DNA of 64,000 nucleotides from an uncultured candidate division Zixibacteria bacterium (GTDB lineage Bacteria; Zixibacteria; MSB-5A5; GN15; PGXB01): NCBI GenBank assembly GCA_963702205.1, contig OY969724.1, positions 800,001 to 864,000 of the forward strand, read 5' to 3'. Shown piece by piece: positions 20,675 to 31,400 of this stretch (position 1 is its first letter; each line of letters starts with the position of its first letter). The notes under the pieces were generated by a model. It saw only the letters and a program-made list of their open reading frames with translations, ran no database searches and was not told where the DNA came from. The position numbers and the translations under genes were made by a program.

Positions 20675-21682
20675 ATGAAATTTAAATGCGGGAATATATG
20701 GATTATTGGGTGCATAATAGCTATAACCGTCATTTATTCAGTGTCGTTTGGCGATGATGATAGAAACTTCAGAGTCATAGAAATTGGGGGAACCGATGGT
20801 ACTCCAATTAGCGGTCCAATAAAATGGTCGCCATCAGGCAATAAATTAGGTTTTATCAGCCGATCGCATATCTTCGTAGTGGATACATTGGGAAATGAAA
20901 TCGCTACTGTTAAATCAAACCAACCCCTTCATCGGTTCGAATGGCTGACTGATAAAGAAATAGTCGCTTTTGAAGATTTGAGATCCAGAATGATCGAACA
21001 TATTAAGCTGGTTAAATATGATATAGAGACAGGTGAATCCAAAGTAATTCAGGAATTTAAAAAAGACTTGCCCTTGCCAAGGGGATTAAATGACGGGTAT
21101 TTTGAGGGGCCGTATCTAACGGTGCAGGGGAATTTATATTACTATTTGTACGAAGGCGGCGTGAAAACCCCGACGTTTCCGGAAAGCAAATATAGTGCAA
21201 AGGCTCGTTCGAGGAATAATTATATTTATAAATTAACGTCAGGCGGATTATACCTAATGCGGGCCGATTTGCAGGATTCGATCTATGCCTATGACAAAAA
21301 TTACAAAGATACGGTACAATCGTTGAAGCAAAAATACTATGTTAGAGGTGGTTTCATAACCGACCTCAAAGATTCGACGTCGATTTTATTGGATACATTT
21401 CCTGTACTAGAAAATATTAAAGCAGACTACATTGGTTGCGGGTTTATGAATGAAGATATCAATCCCAAATACAAAGAAATTCTATTTTATTATACTTGTG
21501 ACATAGATGAATATAATTCCACCGGCTATCTATTTTTATTCGATATAGATTCGGGCACATTTATTGACCTCGCGCATGAAATGAATGAGGAAAATTGCCA
21601 AACAGGGCGATTTTCTCCGGATGGGAAAATGATAGCCCTGTGTTGCTCTGGGAAGGGGTACATATTTATTAGGGGGGAATGA
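20675..21682 (+). CDS. Secreted TolB-like propeller protein
   Basis: GGAGG RBS, signal peptide, PIKWSPSG and FSPDGKMIA. Confidence 0.75.
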   Translation: MKFKCGNIWIIGCIIAITVIYSVSFGDDDRNFRVIEIGGTDGTPISGPIKWSPSGNKLGFISRSHIFVVDTLGNEIATVKSNQPLHRFEWLTDKEIVAFEDLRSRMIEHIKLVKYDIETGESKVIQEFKKDLPLPRGLNDGYFEGPYLTVQGNLYYYLYEGGVKTPTFPESKYSAKARSRNNYIYKLTSGGLYLMRADLQDSIYAYDKNYKDTVQSLKQKYYVRGGFITDLKDSTSILLDTFPVLENIKADYIGCGFMNEDINPKYKEILFYYTCDIDEYNSTGYLFLFDIDSGTFIDLAHEMNEENCQTGRFSPDGKMIALCCSGKGYIFIRGE

Positions 21683-23249
21683 TGAAATCGGCACATTTGT
21701 TGTATTCAATTTCATATTTTGTGATAATTATTTTATTATTGGCGCCCATGAGTCAAACGCAGATTTTATTATGCGTGGATGCCGGGCATGGAGGAAATGA
21801 TCACGGAACTTGTGCAGCAACGTCGCTGGATACAACTTATTGCGAAAATGAACTTAATCTGTCTATAATGAAAATATTAAGGGATACATTGCTATATGAA
21901 TATTTGTTTACTGATTCATGCGATATATTTTATACCCGTTATACAGATACATTTCTGCCATTGCAGCGCAGGGCGTTTCTGGCTGATTCCGTAGGGGCTC
22001 GATCCTTTATATCTATCCATCATAATTCACTAGGCCCAATTATCCAGAGAACTGAAACTTTCTATTGTTCCATGATGCAAACCCCAGCAGATGATTCATG
22101 GGATCCTGAAAGAATTAGAGATACCGACACTTCGTTGGCGACGGTACTTGCACTTCGATTGAATGATAAACTTGGTTTTGGCTTTGGTAGTGAGCCTGCA
22201 AAAGATAATTGTTTTATTGTGCTAAAATATTCGGCAATGGCATCTGCATTAACAGAAGCATACTCTATTTCTGATACCGCAGTGGCTGACGCAATGATTT
22301 TAAATGATGATCATATACGAGAAAAAGAAGCCAGCGCATTGGCCAAAGGTTGGTATGCCTATTATGAAGGGGTTCAAGGAATAGCTATTGTTCAATATGA
22401 GTATTTGGATTTATCCTATAATGATGTTACTCAATGTTATGTCCAGGTGGGATTGGGAAATGACCCTGTTTTGCAAAATATCCCCTATCAAGGCTGCTGG
22501 TTACTAAACGAATACGTGATGCTATATGCCGAAGATATAGACGCCGTGTATGACAGCACACGAACATTCCATCACTGGGAATGGCGGGATTTTTCTGCGG
22601 ATACATTAATATACAGATATAATGACTATCAAAGACAGGTGGATTTCTTCGTATCTCCTTCCTGGGCCGACAGTACACATTATTATAGAGCGTATTTCAC
22701 CGGGGGAAGTTTTAATTTAAATCTGAACCTTCCTATTCCTTCAATGACAAAAATATACAGTGACTCGGTTTGTTTAATTGCCTGGAGTGCACCTGAAGGT
22801 ATATTAAGGTCTTGTTCATTATATGTAGATTATTCTTCTGATAGTATGCAGAATTGGGCCAATATAATCGGGCCCGTACCCTATAATTATGGATTTGTTA
22901 AAAACGCAATGGGGCGATATGATTGGGATGTTCCCGATATAGAAGCAAATAATTGTTATTTGCGTTTGAGGGCTTATGATTATTTAAATAATACTGACAC
23001 TTTGATTTCACATAGGTTCAAGATCGGGCCGAGTTTCATTTGTGGCGACGCTAATGAAGATGAATTGGTCAATCTTGAGGATATCTGTATATAATGGCCT
23101 GGTTGTACGAGGATGGCCCCGAGCCGGTGCCCATGGAAGCGGGCGACGTTAATAGCGACGACGACATTAATCTATTGGATGCACTGGCTTTAATAAGCAA
23201 TTTGTATGATGAAACACCAGGTGATCCGGAATTGATCTGCCCGGAATAA
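21679..23249 (+). CDS. N-acetylmuramoyl-L-alanine amidase (Amidase_3) with C-terminal dockerin; frameshift at ~23087
   Basis: DAGHGG..E.ELN, SIHHNS, LTE Zn/catalytic motifs; dockerin continues in the other frame (LYIMAWLYEDGPEP...ICPE stop 23249). Confidence 0.85.
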
Positions 23250-23278
23250 ATATAGATTCATTTAACGCGCTTCATGGA

Positions 23279-24715
23279 TTATTTCAACAACATCATTTTC
23301 CTGATCTCGGTTTGGGTCTCCGTTCGCAGGCGGTAAAAGTATATCCCCGACGGCATCTCGCGGCCGGATTGGTCGGTGCCGTTCCAGTGCACCGAATGTG
23401 GCCCGGCGGCGAGCGTTGTACTCATCAGGTTGATTAATTGCTGCCCCAGGACGTTGTATATCGAAATGTCCACGTGCGCGCGACGCTCCAGCGAGAAATC
23501 GATTCTCGTGTCGGGATTGAAGGGATTCGGGTAGTTTTGATCGAGGACGAAATCGCGCGGAAGAATATCCTCGTTATCGTCGATACCGGTCGGTGAATTG
23601 ATAAGATTTAAGAAAACCGAAATGTTTTTATCGTACCTGTTGGCCACGACCATGTCAAGGTCGCCGTCGCCGTCAAAGTCGGCTGCGGCCAGGCCCTCGG
23701 GAGTATCGCCGGTCGAGAACAGGCGGCCCGATGAGAAAGTGCCGTCGCCGTTGTTGGGCATGACGACGACCACGTTGCTGTAATGGTCGATAAAAATCAA
23801 ATCAAGATCGTCATCGAGGTCGACGTCACCGGCGATGATATGAAACGGATCGCCGCCGAAGGCGCTGTACGTTGTCGCGGTCTGAAAAGTCCCGTCGCCG
23901 TTGCTGAGCATGACCGATATGGTATTGGCAACCTGATTGGCGGTCGCCAGATCCGGGATCAGGTCGCCGTTAAGATCGGCGGCGACCAGCGAGTTGGGCC
24001 CCGAACCGGTTGGCAGGTTACCACCGGATATGAATTGGCCGTTTCCCTTATTTTTGGCAATGGAGACGTTGTTGCTCAAAAAATTGGAGATGGCGAGATC
24101 GACGTCTTTGTCGCCATCGTAATCGATGGGCTGAATAATGTGCGGACCGGTATTGGTGCCGTAGGTATCGGCGTCGGCGTAGCCCGTATCGGCTTCGTTT
24201 ATAAAAACCGAAAATTCATTGGACGCGGAATTGGCAGCGACGATGTCGAGCAAATCATCGCCGTCGAGGTCCTCGGCCCGGACGTCCCACAAGGCCGATT
24301 CGGCGAGGAGCGATTTTGTTTCCTCGAATACTCCGCTGCCATTGTTGTAGAGAATGGCCACCTGATATTGCGGCGATTGCGATGTCACCAGAAGGTCGAT
24401 ATCTTCATCGCCGTCGACGTCCTGCGCCAGTACGACCCGGGGATGAACCGGGACCGTGTAATAGACGGGGTCTGCGAAAGTACCGTTGCCGTTGTTGAAA
24501 AATATGGCGGCGTTTCTGGGTCCGTAGTTTATGGCGACGATATCGACGTCACCGTCGCCGTCGAAATCCCCGGTATCGACCCAGTCAGGTTCCGTGAAAT
24601 ATGAAGCGCCGGTCTCGTAGTTGGCGCGCGGTGCGAATGTAACCTGGGCCGACGCACCGACGTAGCCGAATACCGAAAATATGAATAAAATTAGTCCAAT
24701 AGCACTGTTTTTCAT
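23279..24715 (-). CDS. FG-GAP repeat protein with FlgD-Ig/T9SS type A-like C-terminal domain
   Basis: DFDGDGDxD repeats; QNYPNPFNP...SGIYFYRL...KMMLLK tail. Confidence 0.9.
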   Translation of the reverse strand: MKNSAIGLILFIFSVFGYVGASAQVTFAPRANYETGASYFTEPDWVDTGDFDGDGDVDIVAINYGPRNAAIFFNNGNGTFADPVYYTVPVHPRVVLAQDVDGDEDIDLLVTSQSPQYQVAILYNNGSGVFEETKSLLAESALWDVRAEDLDGDDLLDIVAANSASNEFSVFINEADTGYADADTYGTNTGPHIIQPIDYDGDKDVDLAISNFLSNNVSIAKNKGNGQFISGGNLPTGSGPNSLVAADLNGDLIPDLATANQVANTISVMLSNGDGTFQTATTYSAFGGDPFHIIAGDVDLDDDLDLIFIDHYSNVVVVMPNNGDGTFSSGRLFSTGDTPEGLAAADFDGDGDLDMVVANRYDKNISVFLNLINSPTGIDDNEDILPRDFVLDQNYPNPFNPDTRIDFSLERRAHVDISIYNVLGQQLINLMSTTLAAGPHSVHWNGTDQSGREMPSGIYFYRLRTETQTEIRKMMLLK

Positions 24716-25071
24716 ATATCAATATACCCCGTAATTGCTTTCCATTAAAGTAGTCTCATTTGTATTGTCTTTTTATATTTTAAATTTCGTTTTTCAATCA
24801 AAAGACGGGTGATTATTTACAGGAAACAACGGAAGGCAGTTTTGTTTGGGTCGCCACGTCTTTTTTCGTTTTTTTCGGCTCCGAGGGGAGCGAAAATCGT
24901 CTATATTAAAAACGTGGAGAAGATTGGTTTTGTTCTATAATTTCCGGATGTGGAGAATATACCTGTCCGATGATAGATATGTATAAAAATCTTTCTTGCA
25001 AATTATGGAAATTATATTATCCTTAACTTGTTGACAAACAATAGAATAAATACTACCAGGCAGGGCCGGAT

Positions 25072-28050
25072 ATGAAAACATTAGTCTCGTTCGCGATTCT
25101 GCTTATGATGCTGATAATACCATCCGTTTCTTTTTCGGGTGAGATCGTTCCCAAACTTCTGGAAACTATAAAAGGTCTCGATAACGCTCAACTGGTTCCG
25201 GTCATAATTTCCGTGGTATCGGACGAACAACCCTCGGCCCTAAAAGCCGATCTTCAGGCCACGTTTGCCAAACTGGCCGACCGTCACCGGGTCGGGATGG
25301 AGCGTCTGAAAAGCGCGGCTTCTTTGTCGCAAAACGACTTGCTGGGATATCTCGATGTTTTGGAGCGTGACGGTCAGGCGGCCCATATTAAAAGCCACTG
25401 GATAATAGACGTCGTTACGGCCGACGTTGCAGTTGGACAGCTTAAAAATATTGCGGGCCGAAGTGACGTCTTGCAGGTGTTTCAGCTTCCCACGATCAGA
25501 TCTATCGAGCCGTTGAAAGACAGCTATGATGATTACAATAAAGCTCTGGTCGGGGTGGAAGGTAATCTAAAGGCGGTCGGGGCCGATCAGGCGTGGGCGA
25601 TGGGTTACGACGGCACCGGGCGGGTGGTTTGTTCTTTCGATACCGGTATTTATGGCGAACATCCGGCGCTGGTCAACAGCTGGCGGGGTAAAGACGGCGA
25701 TTCCTCGGCGTCGTGGTTCGATCCGATTGGCGGCGAAATGGCCCCGCACACATATAATACCACGCTTAGTTCATACTGGCATGGCACGCATGTCATGGGA
25801 ATTATGGTCGGGCACGTCGATGCCACCGGCGATACGGTCGGCGTTGCGCTCGGAGCCAAGTGGATTTCGGCGGCAGTGATTGACATTCCGGGCGCGTCGA
25901 TTATCGATGCTTTTGAATGGGCGGCCGATCCCGATGGCGACCCCAATACCAGTTCCGATATGCCCGACGTCATTAATCACAGCTGGGGCATTCCCAATAC
26001 CGATATGGACTGCGATGATTATTTCTGGGCGATGATCGACAACACCGAGGCGCTCGGGATTGTCAATATTTTCGCGGCTGGGAATGAAGGCGGTGTTGCT
26101 GGTGACGCCACGATAGCTAACCCGGCCAACCGGGCGAGCGCTCCCCTGTCGGATTTTTGTGTCGGAGCGCTGGATGTTTTGCCGATTTCAGGCGATACAT
26201 TGATCGCCAGCGGTTCATCGCGGGGACCATCGGATTGCGATGGTACAACTATAAAACCGAACGTGGTAGCACCGGGACAGAATATTCGGTCATCTATCCC
26301 ACCAAATGCATTTTACTATGAAGCGCACGGCGGGACGTCGATGGCCGCACCGCACGTAGCCGGGGCGGTGGCGATTTTGCGCCAGGTGGCACCGGATGCC
26401 ACGGTCGATGAAATCAAACAGGCGCTTATTGCCGGATGCAGCGACATAGGACAAACTTTGCCGGACAACGATTACGGTTACGGTCTGATCAAGATTCCGG
26501 CGTCGATAGCGGCGCTTACGGCCGCCTCCAATCCCGATCTGCGGGTGTACTCGTACGATATCGGCACCATCAATCCCGGCGACGTCGCCTCGGCCGACGT
26601 GGTCCTGACCAATCGCGGCGGCTCGCTCGATGAGGTTTATGCCAGAATATCGGGCGGTGACGGCGTTTTAACGTTCACTTCCGACTCCCTGTATTTCGGC
26701 ACGGTTGGGATAGGGGATGTTGTATCCGGTCATGTGCCGTTCGAGGCTCTTATATCCAATACGGTCACGGCCGGGTCGATGCTCAGCCTCGATATGACAT
26801 TGTACGGTGCCGGGGGATATACGAAAGCAGCCAAGTTGTACTTTTTGGTCGGGGCCAAACCGGAAATATCGTATTTCACGCACAATACAGGCAGGATCGT
26901 CTTCGACGTTTCCAATTTCGGGCAGTATGGCTTTGCTGCAGGAAGTTTTTATCCGCTGGGCAAGAACGGGTTCGCTTTCGATGGGGCCAACAATATGTAT
27001 GAGGCGGCGTTCATGGTGGCTACCGACGCCAACCATGTCTCCGACGGTGCCCGCAATGTCGTACCTGAACCCGACAATGATTTCGCGGTCGCTCCCGGCG
27101 GCGATATGCAGACGTTCTCGCCGGGTCCGCGGGCCAACCAGGAATCGTGGTCGACTTTTAATGACAGCAAGGCCGAGAACCCGATCGGACTGGAGATAAC
27201 GCAGAAGACTCTCAGCTGGACGGCGCCCGAGTACCAGCAGTTTGTCATAATGGAATATATCATCAGGAACATTTCCGGGACGACCTTAAACAATGTCTAC
27301 GCCGGTTTGTATGTCAACTGGGACGCCAACAATTCGATCGCTTACAATATCGGAACATATTCATCGCCGGAAAATCTCGGCATGATATGTTATCAGAATC
27401 CTTTCGGTTTCGATTCCTCAGGATTCAGGGGGATATCGGTGCTCTGGAATGAGGGACCTTTGTTGTACAAAGTCATCACACAAGCCAAGCAGGGTGGGTC
27501 TTTCTCTTTTCTGCCCTGGACCGAAGCCGACAAATTCGCAGCGCTGTCGGGCGGGATCGATCCCGACTCGGTCGACGGCGGCGCCGGACTCGATCTGGCA
27601 CATCTCATTGGAGTCGGGCCGACGCCGATGGTCAACGGTCAGGCCGACACGGCCGTCTTCGCACTTCTGGCCGCCGACACTTACCCCGATCTCAAGGCTC
27701 AGGCTTTGGCGGCAAAGAATCTGTACCTGTTGGCACTCGACGTCGAAGAGGTCGATCACGGTATTATCCCGAACGACTTTGTTTTATATCAAAACCAACC
27801 CAACCCGTTTAATCCGTCAACGGTCATCCCGTTCGCGTTGTCATCGCGCGCCAGTGTGACCTTGAGCGTCTATAACCTGCTCGGTCAGAAGGTGGTTGAT
27901 CTGGTTGATGAAGAGATGCCGGTCGGAAACTATCAGGTCGACTGGAACGGGACCGATGAAGCGGGCAAGCCGGTTTCATCGGGGGTGTATTTTTATCTTC
28001 TCAAATGCGGCGACCACAGCCTTTCGAAAAAGATGATCCTGCTGAAATAG
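25072..28050 (+). CDS. S8 subtilisin-like serine peptidase with FlgD-Ig/T9SS type A-like tail
   Basis: Catalytic FDTG, HGTHVMG, GTSMAAPHV; QNQPNPFNP...KKMILLK. Confidence 0.95.
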   Translation: MKTLVSFAILLMMLIIPSVSFSGEIVPKLLETIKGLDNAQLVPVIISVVSDEQPSALKADLQATFAKLADRHRVGMERLKSAASLSQNDLLGYLDVLERDGQAAHIKSHWIIDVVTADVAVGQLKNIAGRSDVLQVFQLPTIRSIEPLKDSYDDYNKALVGVEGNLKAVGADQAWAMGYDGTGRVVCSFDTGIYGEHPALVNSWRGKDGDSSASWFDPIGGEMAPHTYNTTLSSYWHGTHVMGIMVGHVDATGDTVGVALGAKWISAAVIDIPGASIIDAFEWAADPDGDPNTSSDMPDVINHSWGIPNTDMDCDDYFWAMIDNTEALGIVNIFAAGNEGGVAGDATIANPANRASAPLSDFCVGALDVLPISGDTLIASGSSRGPSDCDGTTIKPNVVAPGQNIRSSIPPNAFYYEAHGGTSMAAPHVAGAVAILRQVAPDATVDEIKQALIAGCSDIGQTLPDNDYGYGLIKIPASIAALTAASNPDLRVYSYDIGTINPGDVASADVVLTNRGGSLDEVYARISGGDGVLTFTSDSLYFGTVGIGDVVSGHVPFEALISNTVTAGSMLSLDMTLYGAGGYTKAAKLYFLVGAKPEISYFTHNTGRIVFDVSNFGQYGFAAGSFYPLGKNGFAFDGANNMYEAAFMVATDANHVSDGARNVVPEPDNDFAVAPGGDMQTFSPGPRANQESWSTFNDSKAENPIGLEITQKTLSWTAPEYQQFVIMEYIIRNISGTTLNNVYAGLYVNWDANNSIAYNIGTYSSPENLGMICYQNPFGFDSSGFRGISVLWNEGPLLYKVITQAKQGGSFSFLPWTEADKFAALSGGIDPDSVDGGAGLDLAHLIGVGPTPMVNGQADTAVFALLAADTYPDLKAQALAAKNLYLLALDVEEVDHGIIPNDFVLYQNQPNPFNPSTVIPFALSSRASVTLSVYNLLGQKVVDLVDEEMPVGNYQVDWNGTDEAGKPVSSGVYFYLLKCGDHSLSKKMILLK

Positions 28051-28129
28051 GCAGGCAGAGGGCATTAGATACGGCTTTGGGGCAGGCTTGTTTATAGCCT
28101 TTTGGCTGGCTTGCGGCCCGCGATTTTCC

Positions 28130-28157
28130 TTGACAGATAGCAGAATATTGCTATACT
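28130..28157 (+). promoter_or_regulatory. tRNA promoter
   Basis: TTGACA-N16-TATACT with extended TG. Confidence 0.7.
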
Positions 28158-28183
28158 TGCGGGCACGATTTAAGACCGAAAAC

Positions 28184-28257
28184 GTCCCCATCGTCTAGTC
28201 GGTCTAGGACACTGCCCTTTCACGGCGGCAACAGGGGTTCGAATCCCCTTGGGGACG
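28184..28257 (+). tRNA. tRNA-Glu (anticodon TTC), CCA not encoded
   Basis: Acceptor GTCCCCA/TGGGGAC, anticodon arm CTGCC-CTTTCAC-GGCGG, T-loop GGTTCGAATCC. Confidence 0.97.
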
Positions 28258-28411
28258 CTTTTTTTATATCCGGTTAATTTCAAATCACTTGTGCAAAATA
28301 CCCAAAGTTGATGGATTCTTATTGTGTTAGAGCAGGGTTTTGATTCAATATGGATTTAAAAGATTTTAAATATGTCGTGATTAGAGAAAAATTTGACAAT
28401 AAAAAGGCGGC
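28252..28411 (+). repeat. att-like junction 0: tRNA 3' end core GGGACGC plus right arm
   Basis: GGGACGC-T7-ATATCCGGTT...CAAAATACC...GTTGATGGATT, shared with 42336 and 58113. Confidence 0.8.
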
Positions 28412-28427
28412 CGGGTGGCCGCCTTTT
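28401..28427. terminator. Bidirectional terminator
   Basis: AAAAAGGCGGCC-GGGT-GGCCGCCTTTT. Confidence 0.8.
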
Positions 28428-28450
28428 GCTATTCAGAAATTCTTCTTACA

Positions 28451-31400
28451 TTACGGGCAAATCGGTTCCGGTCCCGGAGGGGAATTATACTTGTATGCGA
28501 TCAGGTACAAAATATCTATCAGATTGACAGCACCATCACCGTTGGCGTCGCCCGCTTCGGGGGGTATCGGAGCCGGTCCCGGTGGGGTATTGTACTTATA
28601 AGCAATCAGATACAATATGTCCAGCAGATTGACAACCTGATCACCGCTGGCATCACCGCATATATATTCCGCTATTTCGCAGGCGTCGCCAATACCATCC
28701 TCGTCTTCGTCTTCCTGAAGCGGATTATAATTGAGTGGGCAATTATCGCTGGTATCAAGAATGCCATCGTCGTCATCGTCAGGATCGCAAACATCGCCCA
28801 ATAAATCGCCATCGGTATCAAGCTGATCAAGATTATTATCGTTGGGGCAATTATCGCAGCCATCGGGAATACCATCGCTGTCGGCATTAGCATTATCATT
28901 GAAACCAGGACAAATATCGCAGGCGTCGCCAATACCGTCGCCGTCACTGTCGGTCTGATCGGGATTAGGTACTGATGGGCAGTTATCCCATTCATCATCC
29001 CAGCCAGTGCTATAGTCATCGCAGCTACTGCAGGTTGTGTCCGGATCATACCAGCCATCGCCGTCGCTGTCGGTGCAAACACTGCCAGTAATTGTTTTCA
29101 CCCTTAGCTCATTCCAACCCTTGTTGTTGGTCGCCCAGTCGTCATTGTCGTGCACTTCCGGGGTGATTTCATTAAAGGGATCGATTACCGCCCAGATAAG
29201 CTGACAAGCAGGGATATTAGACGGCACTCGATAGTGCATCATGGCAATGGCACTGCCCTGCGGGGCTATTACAGTCGGGTTACCGAGAGTATCACAGGCA
29301 TAGAAAACACTGTCGCCGCTGTTTTTATCCTTAAGAATCAGGCCATGGGCCGGATTACCAAGATAAAAACTGACTTTAACATTACCCTGCGTGGGTACCA
29401 GGCTGTAATTGTGCACCCGGGCGGCGATGAGGATCGTATCATTTGGAGCGGGATTATCCGGGACGAATAGTATTTCTCTGGTTCGATACCTATATCTTTC
29501 CGCATCAGTGGTGCCCAATTTCTCTTTTTCCAAACGCCACGGCAGGATAAAGGCGGGGTCCTCAACGCTATAATGGATTTGCCACCAGCTTGGAGGCAAC
29601 TTCGATTGATTTTGACAAGGTTCGACAGCGTAATCGATAACAAGGGCGCCGGAATTGGCCCAATAAGCGTAAGGTCTTACACGATACTTTCTGTTGTCCG
29701 CATATGATCCGAGGGTATTAATAGCCTCAAAATAGACTTTAACAGCGTCGGTCCTATGGTAACTCGTCGTCATGGTTGATAGCTCCCCACCACTGTAAGA
29801 ATTACCATTGCTGGTTTCATTTCCTATTTCGAAATGAAATAGTGACGACCCCAACGTTGTCTTAAAAGCATCCACTCCGAACGTAAAGCTGGCGGAGGCC
29901 TCAAAAGTCAAGCCTTTTGTCGTATCATAAGTTGAACTATAGTCAGTTGACGAGTCAACAGATGTCGTTACATCCAGCGCCTGCGAGAGAGTCCATACAC
30001 TGGGGGAGCCAATTTGCTGCATTGTCCACATATCTGTTGCCTGGCCAATGACACCGGATGCCATCAAAGGATTGTACGACAATTCCCCAGCTTCATTGCA
30101 GGGCGGATAGGAGAGAATGTTTTCGACTTCATGATTTGGCAGCAAATTATTACAGTCTATGGCAGGGTCGGTCGTGTTGCTTGTATATTGCGGACCAAGC
30201 ACCATGACATCTCCCCTTTTTTTGCCCCCTGCAAAAATCGGGTATTCGAATACACGGCAACTATATCTAATGTATTGTATCTGGTCAACATTTGAGGTAA
30301 TGTCCCATCCAACCGTAATAGTTTTCGAAAGACTGGAGTCTTTTGCAAACCCTTCACCATAAGTCGAATCAAAGTAATTGCTGGCGTTAAAACCTCCATA
30401 ATCATGCCAATTTTTCACACTATTCGATACTCCCCAATCCCAGTGCAATTTAGTTTCCGTCATAAGGGTTGCTTGCTCATCCTTAATATATTCGACTCTA
30501 CTATTATAAGCGGGGTCGCCCGGGAAGGGATAGCGCCTGCTGATATCCCAGGTTGTGCCATTCAGAATATCGTAATGGACGGGGGGGGCATAGATTAACG
30601 CCAGCGGTTGGACAATGCTGTCAATGGTAAATGATATGGGCGGGCCGAGTGTAACCGTCATAGTGTCCATATCTGCCAGAACCAGCTCGCTTAAGCCATT
30701 AAGGCCTGTTTCCAGCGCGTCGAGGAAAACCATGCTATCCAAAGCACAGACGGATTCAGTGTCCGGATAAATTCCAAAAACTTCGATTTTCGGCGCGCCC
30801 GTATTATTGGACAGGAGCATGGTCAGGTCGGTCCAGCCATCACCGGTAACTTCACCCAGCGCCACGGTCCGACGGCCGGAAAACATGTCGCCCGGATTCA
30901 TATCGCTCCTGATTCCATCAACTACGGCCGTATCTACTATCTGGCAGAGAGTTCCGCCATCAAATGAATATCCCTTAACAAACTGCTCAATGCTGTCTCC
31001 ATTCTGGCGGCAGGACGTAATAAATAGCTCATCTACTATATTGTCGCCTGGCAAGTTTCGGTCAATATTTCCGGCCATAATGTCCATAGGCAGTTCACTG
31101 CGCAAACCAAAAGCTGACCAGGACGCTCCGTCCCAGCCTGCTATATTATTGGCAATTGCGCCACCGGCCGTTGTGAAATCGCCCCCGGCTATCAGCTTGC
31201 CATCATAATAGTCAGTGAGGGCCTTGACACAACAGTCGTCCATCCCCGATCCCAGCGGCGACCAAGTAGTGATATTCCAGGAAGCTATGTGATTGGCACT
31301 CACGCCGTCGGCGGTTGTGAAGTATCCCCCGGCGATCAGATTGTTATTATAGATTGTGAAGGCCCTGACTATACTGTTCATACCCGTGCCCACCGGAACC

